The translations under genes and the position numbers were made by a program. DNA of 50,410 nt from Octopus bimaculoides (lineage: Eukaryota): positions 137,932,169 through 137,982,578 of the forward strand of contig NC_068983.1 of assembly GCF_001194135.2 (NCBI RefSeq). The letters run 5' to 3'. The first letter of the stretch is position 1. The number at the start of each line of letters is the position of its first letter. The notes under the pieces were generated by a model that did not search any database, had not been told where the DNA came from, and was given only the letters and a program-made list of their open reading frames with translations. Positions 24,669-37,430 of the stretch are shown here, piece by piece.

Positions 24669-25107
24669 CTGGTAAAAATGTTTGCAGGCGGCGAACATAA
24701 AAAATTCATCTTACCTGTTGGAAGAACATTAAATAAATGTACAACTCAGATGTAGATAATCTAGAACCTAGGTTTCGAACTTTCCAAATTACGTTTGTTA
24801 ACGTAAATTTGATTAGTTCTCATCGGCTAGATTCATGTAGACAAAATTTCAAATATCGCTACATCAATGCCAGTATTTACTCGTCTGAACGCCTAGCCGT
24901 TAACAGACTGAAAACAGTGAAAAGTTAAAAAAAAAAAAAAAAATTAAATAGTGCAATACAGTAGTATTGCTTCCCAGCAAAAGAAAGCACCATCAGGTTA
25001 AAGTATAAGTATAGGATAGTGATACAACAATGCACCAATATTTATGGAAATAGCAGTCGATAATATACGACGCTATAGTAAAGATTCACTGTATAACATT
25101 TTTGGTA

Positions 25108-25153
<46 letters not shown>

Positions 25154-25502
25154 AGTTTCAATCTCATGGTCGTATTGTTCAATCGCATCTTTAACTAAGG
25201 TATAGTGATTGAACTCGTTAGTGCAAATCGAATTCCCTAACCATAAAGCCATGACAGTATGTATGTATGTATGTATGTATGTATGTATGTATGTATGTAT
25301 GTATCTTGGTTGCATTAGAAGTACACATTTTTAAAGATTTCTTTAATGAATGAAAGATTAGAAACATTTCTACAAATATTACTGATCAGGTCTGTAACAT
25401 TTACATCATGGATGCTGATTAGGGAGGGTTGTAAGTAAACTAAACAGTATGTCTAAGAGTCACGTTATTGAGATTGGTAGTTACAGTGATGCTAAGTCTT
25501 AG

Positions 25503-25503
<1 letters not shown>

Positions 25504-25594
<91 letters not shown>

Positions 25595-25617
25595 TACACA
25601 CACACACACACACACAT
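25504..25617. repeat. (CA)n microsatellite
   Basis: Directly visible; (TA)n at 25110-25150 and (TATG)n at 25256-25304 lie nearby. Confidence 0.95.
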
Positions 25618-25979
25618 GTATGTGTGTTTATGTGTATGCGCCTATATGCAAACATAACACATATACATACACACACACTGCATAATGCATTTATGCATTC
25701 ATGTGGAAGAATGTGATTGCAGTCTTTTTCGCTTGGAGCCGTTCTTTGTAATCATAAAATTAATATCAAATGTAGTCAAACATACGTTATCAATAAATTG
25801 AAAAATTTTATAATTGAAAAACATTTATTTATGTTAATAAGTGTCTAACAAAAATATATTACCTTGATTTAACTTATACGTTGAGTGATTTAGTTTTTAA
25901 ATTTAGAGTTACAAGCCCTATTTGGATGCCCGAATAACGATCAGTATATAGCAGACTAATTAGGTTGCATATGTCCACG

Positions 25980-26905
25980 TCGTTATAAGAACAAGACAAA
26001 GAGTGCTGTACTAGTGGAGGAGCAGTGTGGTTTTAGGAGTGGAAGGGGGTGTGCAGATCATACATTTGTAGTAAGGCAGATATGTGAGAAGTTTTTGGCA
26101 AAAGAGAGGGAGATGTATTGGGCCTTTATGGACCTATAGAAGGCATATGACCGAGTCGATATGGATGCAGTGTGGCAAGTGTTGCGGTTGTATGGAGTAG
26201 ATGTTAGATTGTTGAGAGCTGTTCAGTTTTTATAGAGAAAGCCGGGCGTGCGTTAGGGTGCGTGGTGAAGTAAGTGAGTGATTTGATATGAATGTGAGGT
26301 TAAGACAAGGTTGTGTGATGTCTCCGTGGCTGTTAATTTAAATATGGATGGCGTGGTGAGAGAGGTAAATGCTAGAACCTTTGGTAGGGGAGCCCAAATA
26401 GTGGGAGAAAATAGAGAGAAATGGCAGGTGAGTCAGTTGTTGTTTGCTGATGATACAGCACTGGTGGCGGATTCGGAAGAACAACTGAGGAGACTGGTGG
26501 TACAGTTTGGAAGAATGTGTGAGAGGAGGAAACTGAAAGTGAATGTAGCTAAGAGGAAGGTGATGAGATGCTAGAGAGATGGAATGGCTGGTAGGATGGA
26601 TGTGAGTATAAATGGTGAGACGTTAGAAGAGGTGAGTGTTTTTAAGTATCTGGGATCACATGTGACGGCGCATGGGGGATGGCTGAGGAGGTGGGATACA
26701 GAGTGAGGGAGGGGAGCAAGATACATGGAGTTGGGAAAGGTATGCTGAGAGGTAAAAGGTTGAGTGTGAAAGTGAAAAGAGGTGTGTATGAGGGCACGAT
26801 TGTGCCGACCTCGGGGCTGAGAGAAGCAGAAAGGAGGCGACTAGGTGTGTTTGAGATGAGATGTCTGAGAGAGGAAAGCTTTGAGAGTTTGTGGACGAAT
26901 GAGTG
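25980..26905 (+). mobile_element. RTE-like LINE reverse-transcriptase fragment (second family)
   Basis: EEQCGFRSGRGCADHTFVVRQICEK..AFMDL*KAYDRV..LRQGCVMSPWLFN..LLFADDTALVA..FKYLGS..VFEMRCLR; frameshifts and stops present. Confidence 0.92.
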
Positions 26906-27194
26906 GATTTGATGTTGCTCAAAGGGGTACGGAACCAGCCTGATGCGGCGTGGGGGGGGGGAGAGCTAAATCAGCATGTGTTGTTGGGCCCCGCTGCTGA
27001 TATTGGGGGTTGCGTTCAATGACTTGACCCGAACATAGCTTATCGCTTTGAGCTGGGCAATGCTTGGTGTGTGTCTTGTGGCTACTTACTCCTAAAAAAT
27101 AGAGAATAGGCCTGGGTATATAAAAAAATTCAGTTATGATTTTTAGTATATATAAGGGCGTAAAACGAATACACAAAACACAGATGGAGCAACC

Positions 27195-27910
27195 GACGAG
27201 TTATCCTTTCATGAGATATTCCAAATAAAGAATGTAGAGTTTCGGAACGAAGGATAGTACTGTTTAGCTTTAACCGATAATCGAGAACGTAGTGTTAGAC
27301 CAGAAACAACAGCAGATGAAGTAACCATAACGTATGTACTTACTCGTATTCAACGGAGCCCAATTCAAAAAAAAAAAAAAACTATCTCAAGAAACTGGTG
27401 TCAACATGCATTCAATTCAGCGTATTTTAAAAATGCATGTTTTCCATCCGTATAAAATCCATTTTGTTCAGGAGTTATATGACGATGACAGACTATAGAA
27501 TGGAATTCTGTGATTGATATTTTCTAAAACCCAACAATTTATTAAAAACATTATCTCTTTTGATGTAGGTAGTATCTTTCATCGTACGGGATAGACGAAC
27601 AGGCATAATGCCCAGTATTGGTCAGACGCCAGTCCATGTTGGATAGATTACAACAATTCTCAGTACGACCCTCGGGTTATGGTGTGGGCTGGCACGAGAG
27701 ATGAAAGAATAATTGGATCCTACTTCTTCGACAGTACAGGGAATGGTGACATATTTACGAATACTCAAATCTTTTTTGATGCCTCTAATAAATGATTTAT
27801 CTACTGAAGAAAGAGCTCGCACATAGTTTCAGCAGGATGGAACACCGCCAATTTTTGCCAACGCTGTATGAAGTTTTTTAAATATTAATTTTGCCACTCG
27901 ATGCGGTGAC
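27195..27910 (+). pseudogene. Degenerate rosa/DD41D-type Tc1/mariner transposase
   Basis: LSQETGVNMHSIQRILKMHVFHPYKIHFVQEL..RMEFCD..HNAQYWSD..PRVMVWAG..IIGSYFFD..*FQQDGTPP, typical of this family. Truncated after the second D. Confidence 0.8.
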
Positions 27911-28005
27911 AGTACCAGGCTCAAACAAAGTAAGTACTGGGGTCGATTCGTTCATATAAAATTCTTCGAAACATGTCAAAGATAAAAGATACATTCACAA
28001 ATAAG

Positions 28006-28082
<77 letters not shown>

Positions 28083-28107
28083 ATACACACACAAACACAC
28101 ACACATA
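28006..28107. repeat. (CA)n microsatellite
   Basis: Directly visible. Confidence 0.95.
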
Positions 28108-28117
28108 CTACCTCTTT

Positions 28118-28250
28118 AGCGACGCAAATTTTAGAGCAAAAGTGAGAAATACCCACATCGTTGTTAAAGAAATACTGTATGCAGACGACAGCATGCTGGT
28201 TAATGATATGTGCTTAAAGAAATTTGGTCTGAAGATAAACATCAAAACGT
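28118..28250 (+). pseudogene. Short RTE-type RT fragment
   Basis: Translates to DANFRAKVRNTHIVVKEILYADDSMLVNDMCLKKFGLKINIKT (YADD motif and FGL.INIK, with an internal deletion). Confidence 0.65.
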
Positions 28251-29906
28251 TTACATACACACATTGCTGCATGAATATATACATACATATGTAGCTGGCT
28301 ATCTGTGTGCGTGTATTGAATATTCATTCCATTTGCATTCGATATTTAAACAAAAGAAGTTATTTAAGTTGAAATGGGTGCTTAAAATAAAGAATACATT
28401 GCANNNNNNNNNNNNNNNNNNNNNNNNNNNNNNNNNNNNNNNNNNNNNNNNNNNNNNNNNNNNNNNNNNNNNNNNNNNNNNNNNNNNNNNNNNNNNNNNN
28501 NNNNNNNNNNNNNNNNNNNNNNNNNNNNNNNNNNNNNNNNNNNNNNNNNNNNNNNNNNNNNNNNNNNNNNNNNNNNNNNNNNNNNNNNNNNNNNNNNNNN
28601 NNNNNNNNNNNNNNNNNNNNNNNNNNNNNNNNNNNNNNNNNNNNNNNNNNNNNNNNNNNNNNNNNNNNNNNNNNNNNNNNNNNNNNNNNNNNNNNNNNNN
28701 NNNNNNNNNNNNNNNNNNNNNNNNNNNNNNNNNNNNNNNNNNNNNNNNNNNNNNNNNNNNNNNNNNNNNNNNNNNNNNNNNNNNNNNNNNNNNNNNNNNN
28801 NNNNNNNNNNNNNNNNNNNNNNNNNNNNNNNNNNNNNNNNNNNNNNNNNNNNNNNNNNNNNNNNNNTATATATATATATATATATATATATATCTATATC
28901 TATAGTTAGCAATTCCATTTTATCCAAGAATATTTTCATTCCAAAAAGATATGTCTAGACAGTATGGCTGATACTTATCTGTGCGTGTGAATCATTGTAA
29001 TAAAGGGAAGAAAGAAAAGAAAGCTTCTCAATGTATTTAAGTTCATGAATCTGTCTCTGTATTTTCTTTTAAATATGATATCAAACTGGAACTCAAGTTT
29101 TTTTCCCATGAAATCGACAGAAATGATTTTATACAAATGTAATATACTTGAGAAATCTTGTCTGCTATGTTTTAATATTTTATGTCGGTTAACAGAAGTG
29201 ATATTAAAAGTATTTATAATCTTGTTTTCTGTCACAAAAATATGTCTTGCTAAGACTAATTATCAGCAAAAGTTTTATACAGAAGCACTCTTAATTCTCA
29301 ACAGCATTTTGTGTAAATATAACCTTGTTCTGTAGGTGTTTTACATTAATGCACCTAGAGAGTCTTTATCCGCTCTCTCGTCTTCCCACACGCTAAAATG
29401 AGTGTACACATATGTCACAAGAATCTTTTATCAATGTGGTCTTAGATACGTTGCGCCAGAAGAAATGAGAGGATAACCCGAGGGCTGGAACGTCATGGTC
29501 ATAAATCTGCTCGTTTGGAGCTGAACTCAGCAATATAAATGAGTTGTAAATCAGTTAATCGATTTTGACATAGATAAAGTATAGTCAGCTTCGTTGTAGT
29601 CAAAACTCTGCATTCTCATTTAATCAGGATGTTAACAATAAATGATTCAACGGTGTAGACTACACAATTAGCGTATCAAATGAATTGATTCAATGTCAAA
29701 ATCTACTAAAATATCTTTCTATTTCCCCCCATCTTCTCACGGTCTCATTCACAAAACTTCACGCTAATTACTCCTCTATCCGTATTCCCTAGGATTGCAG
29801 CGTTTTAAATACTTTTGAGATCCTCTCCTTATTTTCTTTGACCTTATATCAACTGTTAAATCTCCTTGGACTAAAGAAGAAAAATGTATTAATGTGAAAT
29901 TGAATA

Positions 29907-30030
<124 letters not shown>

Positions 30031-30599
30031 AACCATAATAAAACACAAAGGAGCTAATAGAAATCATTAAAAGTGGCTACTCGCAAATAATTGAACAAAG
30101 ACGACTGAGGGTATATTAATTAAGTATTAACTTTTTGAAATGAACTCCGCTATTAGAGTGGGTAGTGCAATAGCTTGATGGTATCAGTACCAGCTCCAAA
30201 TGAGAAGGGGAGATAATTTTAGTGATTAACCAAAATGGACATGCCATTAAGGGAAATGCTATTTGATTGTCTTGAGATATTGGGTCTGCCGTCATGTGCC
30301 GCTGAATCAGTAGGCCTCATCAAGACAGCAATTGTTCCACCCGGTCTCTAGCGAGCAGGACACTTAGATATGTGCAAAAGGAGAAGAGAAATAGGTCAGA
30401 GTGGTTAGTGGCATGGTTTGAGCATTAAGGACAAATAAAAGTATACATTAGTAACATACAATATAAATTCTTTCTTGAATTATTAAAACTTCGCTATCAG
30501 AACATACACATAGTAATCTTTTTGTATTTGAAAAGCCAAAAGAATGTGAGTTGTAAGAAAAACGAAACAAAGGAAATAAGATATAGTAAGAACCCTTCT

Positions 30600-30960
30600 T
30601 CAGGAAAAGTTTATCAGCGTTGTTGTGTGTTGGTTTCTAATTCGGAACCACTTGGGGAGAGTTCGGATAGTGCCAAACGTATAATCAATCTCTCCCATCT
30701 GACGGATTGCAGCAGTTGTTTTCTCATTAAAGTTTGGCATGCTATCATTTGATGTGTGGGTTTTCTTGAGTAGTCTGATGATGTCCTGAAAGAGTAGAGG
30801 TAGCCATTCTCTATTAAGACCTTTCGGAATTGCTTGGTGTTGGTCTTCTTTGTTTCCTGCGTCACTGCATTTACTGCTTATCCTGTGGATCTCATTTCTT
30901 ACGTATGTCATCTTGGGTCTGATGAGTTTGGATGACGTGTACTGTACAGACTAACCTTGA
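30600..30960 (-). pseudogene. Penelope-like element fragment (RT C-terminal region)
   Basis: Frames join as YSTRHPNS..YVRNEIHRISSKCSD..FRKVLIENGYL, resembling the S.HP..R..CS..L..NGYP motif series of Penelope-like RTs. Confidence 0.55.
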
Positions 30961-32447
30961 ATACTGCTGTTCTGTAGGGGTTAGAGTATACGCAAGGAGT
31001 CCATCACAACATACGAAAAATATATTCCTGATAACCACTTAAAATACGAAGAGATGTGCCTCGATTACGCTGCCCCCTCATCTTCGCTTGGTTTCGCACT
31101 AAAAATTCACAATAAAGGGATCCTTTTACACAAAGTTCATAGGAAAAGCAGAATACGAGGGCTTGAATGTATTAAGAATGAATGGATACATTACTGTTTA
31201 GGTTCTCGTTTTCTGCATGCCCCTTCTGAATTATTGTGTTTGTCGAGCAACAGCAGCCATCAGCAAATAATCTACTTATTGATTTCTATAAACAAAAGTT
31301 CGTACTTTTGTGAAATTCATCGATCCGGCGGGATAGATTTCTTGACAGAGGAGAAAAACAACAAGGTTTAAACACTGCGGAATCTCAAATTTCCTTGTTC
31401 AGGTGTTTTGCGTTTGCCATGAATACACATCGTCTAAAGGGAAGAGGTGTTGTGTTCTCCGATAACGAAAGCACAACAGCGATTAAATTTTCACATTCAA
31501 ATTTTCCAGATCATATTAAGAATGAGTAGATATCTCAATATAATATCTGAAAAATATATTGGCTCGTAAACAACGTCTGTAAAGTCATTTACCAAACATT
31601 CCAATACATATACACCAAAATTCTTATAAAAAGAACACACCAATATTCTTATAAAAAAAAAGGAACAAAATACACACACAAGACTTTGTAGTCTGTGAGT
31701 CATTAGACCAGACAAGAAGACATAAATTGTGCTGTCACTTCGCTAGCGGCCAACCAACGAATCTCTTAACAGCGACAATCAGCAGTTATTCAAAACCCAA
31801 AGTTCAGTTAGTACTGCCACTTGCCTATAGTTCCAGCAAAGATTCAATTTTTGTTTTTTAAACCAGCCTGCAGAACTTTACTAACTCAATTCGACAACAA
31901 TCTTAAAAACATACTATAATTCTGAATCCACTCACGATTCGCCTGAATAAAAATTTATTTCCTATGATCACTTTTTTTTCGTTAATACTTTCCATAGCTC
32001 ACAACTCACAGCTAAAGATATATGGGTATATAGTACAAACTACGCAATGGAAACCTCTAGGGATATATAAGTTAGAATCAAAGTTAAGAGTCACTGTAAG
32101 ATATATAATTACATGCTATGTTTGAGATGATGTATATATCAAAGGTAGCAATAAAGGTAACTGTGTACACATAAAAATGTATGTATATTTGATCTATTTT
32201 ACGAATAAGTATAATATATTATTAACTAAAAAAAGTTGAAACATTTTATATATTATAGCCATCGATTTGTATGAAAAAAGGATGTTACTTCCTTCACCCG
32301 ATATAATTTTTATCTCAACAACATATCCTAAAGAAAGTTTCTACTTTCTTAAGGAGGAAAACTGTTAAGCAGCTTACACTTTAAAATCAATCGTACCCCG
32401 TGGATTAGTGTTAGCTGAGGACTGTATTCATAAACGTTTAACTAAAT

Positions 32448-32508
32448 CACACACACACATACACACACACACGCACACACGTACGCACGCACGCACGCAC
32501 GCACGCAT

Positions 32509-32598
<90 letters not shown>

Positions 32599-32600
32599 AC
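32448..32600. repeat. (CA)n/(CGCA)n microsatellite
   Basis: Directly visible. Confidence 0.95.
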
Positions 32601-35004
32601 ACAAGTGTGTAAACAACCACCTTTTCTGCGTGACAATTTAACCATTTCAGTTTGCATAAAAACTGTTATATCCAGTTTTCATACACAACAAAATGGTCGA
32701 ACCTACTATTTCAAGATGTTTCGCCAGATTTCTGCACCTTCTCACTGGCACATTTCTATTGAATTCTGTCTGTGAGTGGCATTTAAGCTACCTGGGACAT
32801 TTCCGTTATTTAGACCTAAAACAAAGCAGTCGATTCTATTCGTAGCAAATCCAGGCACCAAATCAAAAGTGGGGCAACTGAACTTGTTTTTATTATTAGC
32901 TAGCATTGAAATTTCCTCATATCTAAACATAGTTAGATAAACACACCGGCAAACATGTATGCATGTATGTTTGTGTGTAAAGAGATATATTATTCTGGTG
33001 ATAACCGTGTTTTGTCTCAAGTCGATGCCGGCTAACCACAACGGTCCGTATATGGGACTCGAGCTAACAATAAGTTGTTAGGCTCTGGTAACTTTTCTTG
33101 CTGGGTAAATCCGAGTTTCCTGTTCAGGACTGCATATGTTCCGTAGAGTAAGTAACAGTAATAATAATAATAAGGAGAGCGGAGATTTTTTACATTCATA
33201 ATTTTATCTAATTGTTATCTGCAGCATCTTTTTGGGACTTACACTGTAACGACTGCTCACTGTTGGATATGCAACCGATGCAGTTTGATTAGGTCTGCCA
33301 TTTCAAAGTAAGACTGAAAGAATCAACAAACTGAATGAATGAAGTGTTTTGTGTGAGGTAGGGGTGCTACTATTAATAGTCGTAGGAATCCTCATCTAAT
33401 GTTCCCCTCTACTAAATGTGGTAGGTGATAGTTGTATAGCTCTGATAACACATAGCAATACACATTATTTACTTAGTAGTGTATTATGGTTACTAAATAA
33501 AATACAGATACCTTGCAAGCAACGAAAAAAGAATTATGGTTCAGGAATTTATATATATGTGCACGTGTATGTAGATGTGGCACGAAAAATACTCCTGTTT
33601 CAAAATAAACAATGTATTCAACATTATTTATACTCTGGGATTGCCACTTTCCAAACACCTTTTAGGAATGTACACAACGTCTTCCACACTTCAAAAGTGC
33701 TGAATAAATCTAAATGGGTGATTTTGTTTGTTTCTTTCTGTTGTTCCGTTTGTATAGCGTCTGCTGCTTGGAAGGTGCATTGGTCAGTCAAGTAGTGACT
33801 TAGTAGAAACACATTGGACGTTCATGTTTTTCGTGAAATTCTCCTAGCCAGCTCCGTAACCAATTCTGATAATGTAGGAGAGCCAGTGGACTGTTCGACG
33901 ACAGTCTTCGTGATATAAATTTACGAAATCTTTTGCTAGTGATTGGTCACTCTAAATGTTTATCACTCTGAATCGACACTCCACCTATCTTTAAAGTGGC
34001 CCTGTCACTGAAAAACCTGCGTTCAACAATAACAAGGTTGAACAAGGCCCTGATAAAATATTTCGAAGGTCACGGTTGCGGATGTGTCGAACTTAATGCA
34101 AAATTTATGTCAGGTATTGGCTAGAATTTCTCAATTATTTGAAAAAAACCGTAGGGCGTTTTAATACGTTAAAATACTTCCAGTAATATGTGAACGCGAG
34201 TAGATACCATGAAACGTATTTGCTGGTTGTGTGCAAATGATCAGCAGCTGCGCACATAATCCTGTTGAATAACCAACACTTGCAATCTGGGAACTATTTT
34301 TTGATGATACCTCGTGGAAATATATGTATGTATATATATATGTTTGCATGTATATATGCATGTATGCATGTATGTGTGTATGCATGTATATTTGTGTATA
34401 TGTATATATGCGTGTATGTATGTGCGTATGTAAGTTTTATAGAACAGTGAAAGAAAAAAAGTAAATACTTTTTTTTCCTCTGAACAAACGAAATAAATTC
34501 AGCGGCTTTTTTTTTGTAATACCAACTGATGATTTGTTAATGTACTTCAGTCAGACAACATTAGCTGCAGGAACCTGGCAGACCTGATAGCCTTTAGTGT
34601 CAGACTTCAATTCGCCATTTTTTAACCGCTTCAACATTTTTTTAGTTTGTTATGCTATTTTCTTTTGTATTTTGTATTATTTGTTTTTGTGTTGTCGTTT
34701 CTTTATTTTTTTCTACTTCTTTCATTGGATATAACAGTAAGAAAGTTATGTTTTTATGAGAGAAACTGCTTTTCTGTTTCTATTTAACTACGTGTCCGAG
34801 TTTAAAGAGAATAAATGGCGAGTTGTGAAGTTCATGCTCATCCCAATACTAAGTACAATAACGATTTATGCAGAAACAGCGGGTTTAATCATCTGAAATA
34901 ACATCTGTAGCTTAATGTAATTTATAGATATCAAGTAGGAAAACATTAAAAAAGAATCCCATCAGGATTTAAATATTAAGTATAAAAGTGTTTGGTTAAT
35001 TAAT

Positions 35005-35048
<44 letters not shown>

Positions 35049-35630
35049 GTAAGTTACCAGCACACCAAAGCTGTGATATGGTTTCAGTTTATCGTTAAAA
35101 TGAATTAAACTACTCTTGCCCTACTCCTTCAATCAGGAAAGATAACGACGTCACGAAATCCTAGTCGTCCTTCCTTTAAAATATGTTGAGACAAAAAGTA
35201 GCCTTCACTGATTTCGTTACGCGTGAGACATTTTTCAGTTGGAGAAACGACAGAGAGTTTTTGCTGCTTTAAAACTTATTGAACTGAATGTATTACTGGT
35301 ACTTAATTTGTGGACCATATTGAGATGAACATCAAATTTTAATCTAGTGGAATAAGAGTACAGATACTAACATCAACAACAACAACAACGACAACAACAA
35401 AACCCATCATTTTCTGTAATTCTTCCTAACGTTTCAATGTCTTTCATCTTTCTGACATACTGATGTAAACTTCATCGGTTACCATCACAAAGGGGTTCCG
35501 AGTTCAGTGTTACTACTTATGATGAACATCTGCTATGAATTAAACCAGCATCTATATTTATAATGGATAAAAGGTAAAAAAACAAACGCAACTAAAATCA
35601 ACAACATTCGTTCAAAATCCTTAGCAAATA

Positions 35631-35848
35631 CGATGGGGGTGTTAAAAAGATTTTGGCTTTAGGTAAAAGAAAATACAGGAGGATCACTTAATTATGATTT
35701 TATTCAACATATTCCCCTCTCAGATTCACACACTTATTGCAGCGGTTCTTCAGTTTTTCTAAGCCCTGTAAAAGAACTAGGATGTTTGGGTCTCTAAAAA
35801 GGCCTTTCGAGATACCCTTAAAGCCAGGAACTTTTCAGCGCCTCCTCC
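35631..35848 (-). mobile_element. Mariner-derived MITE (218 bp) with TIRs and TA target duplication
   Basis: Left TA-cgatgggggtgttaaaaagattttggcttt pairs imperfectly with right aaagccaggaacttttcagcgcctcctcc-TA. The interior minus strand encodes a mariner C-terminus, GLEKLKNRCNKCVNLRGEYVE*. Confidence 0.85.
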
Positions 35849-36139
35849 TATGTCTACATAAAAAAATACAATATGTAACATCCTGAGCATAACCTCGTAT
35901 AGTAAGGAACAACCGTCCTTCATTCGCGAGTGCATGACGAATAGTATTCTGGAAATATGTACCAAGCTCTTGTTAATTGTTTTAGGTGCCTATGTAGTCA
36001 CAAGGAGACATAGATAGTATTTTGGAGACCCCTTCCACTTTTGACTCAGCGGAACATCCAGGATACAACGGCTGGAAGAAAGAGAAAGGTCTGCACCAGC
36101 ATCTGATTAGTACTCACTGTAGCAGTGTAGATTGAAACA

Positions 36140-36245
36140 ATGTAAAACAAAATGTCTTGCTCAATGACACAACGCCTCATCCAGTTCAAGAATTGAACTA
36201 TTACCTTATGATTACGCGACAAACATCCTCACCAGTCCTTCCCAC
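36140..36245 (-). mobile_element. Degenerate SINE head fragment
   Basis: atgtcttgctcaatgacacaacg...gaattgaact...cctcaccagtcc resembles a reverse-complemented tRNA-like SINE head. Confidence 0.45.
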
Positions 36246-36534
36246 ATTGAATTATTCACTTGGTTTCTGTTTTTCCATCTATAATAATCTAAAACATCTC
36301 TATATTTGTTACAAGTTACCATTTCTGCTTGACAAGAAATTTTGAATTCGAAAGATCACATTAAGTAAAATGATTGTTATTTTATATGAAAAAACAAAAG
36401 AAAGAAAAGAAAAAAAACCTGCATTTCAGATACACGCACACACACACATACATACACATGCGTGCATATATATATGTGTGTGTATGTGTTAGCATGTTTG
36501 TGTGTGTATGTATATGTATACCTATATATACATG

Positions 36535-36607
<73 letters not shown>

Positions 36608-37351
36608 GTGTGTGTTTAGATAGGCATGTTTACATAAATATACATGCATAAATATACATACATAAATATACTTACATAAATATACACGCATGCATATCCA
36701 CACTGCTAAAGTAACAAGCGCATTTACTTAGAAAAGTTAAACCCAAAATTTACATTAACTGTTAAGACATTACAGGAATACGAAATAAATAAAATATTTA
36801 GAAACGCAACGATTTCATTTTTTTTTTATGAAGCATATCTCAAACAAAAACCAGCATGTTTGATAATACCATTCTTTCTACACACATAGAAAGCCACAGA
36901 AGCACTAATTCAAACATACACGCAGACAAACACACACACACACGTGCACACACATAAATATAAATATATTTTAGATTAAAAATAAAAATAAAATGAAACT
37001 ACATGGAAACTTTCATAAAAATCGGATAACATAAAAGTTTCATAATATTCCTACAAGTATTATGTAGTCGTATATGTCAGAAAATAATAGTGTTATGTAA
37101 TAAATCATAAAGTAAGTGATAAATATATACATGGATGTAAGCTAAGTAATTCATTAGAATTTTGCATTTACGATAACTCGCAGGGGAAAATTGAAGTCAT
37201 TTTGAGCAAAAGAGGAATTATAGTTTAATATAATACCTTGTTGAATACAAGATATTAAACATTATGAAACATAGCGAATCTACTGCTACTTTCATAGGTT
37301 ATTTTGATAGGGATATTAAAACTGGAAACATAAAAAAAATTCTAACTATTT

Positions 37352-37430
<79 letters not shown>

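Noticed and set aside
32715-32750. Hammerhead-ribozyme-like motif on the minus strand (also ttgatgag..tttcaaaa in the palindrome arms)
   Set aside because: The conserved CUGANGA/GAAA core is mismatched and stems I and III cannot be formed convincingly.
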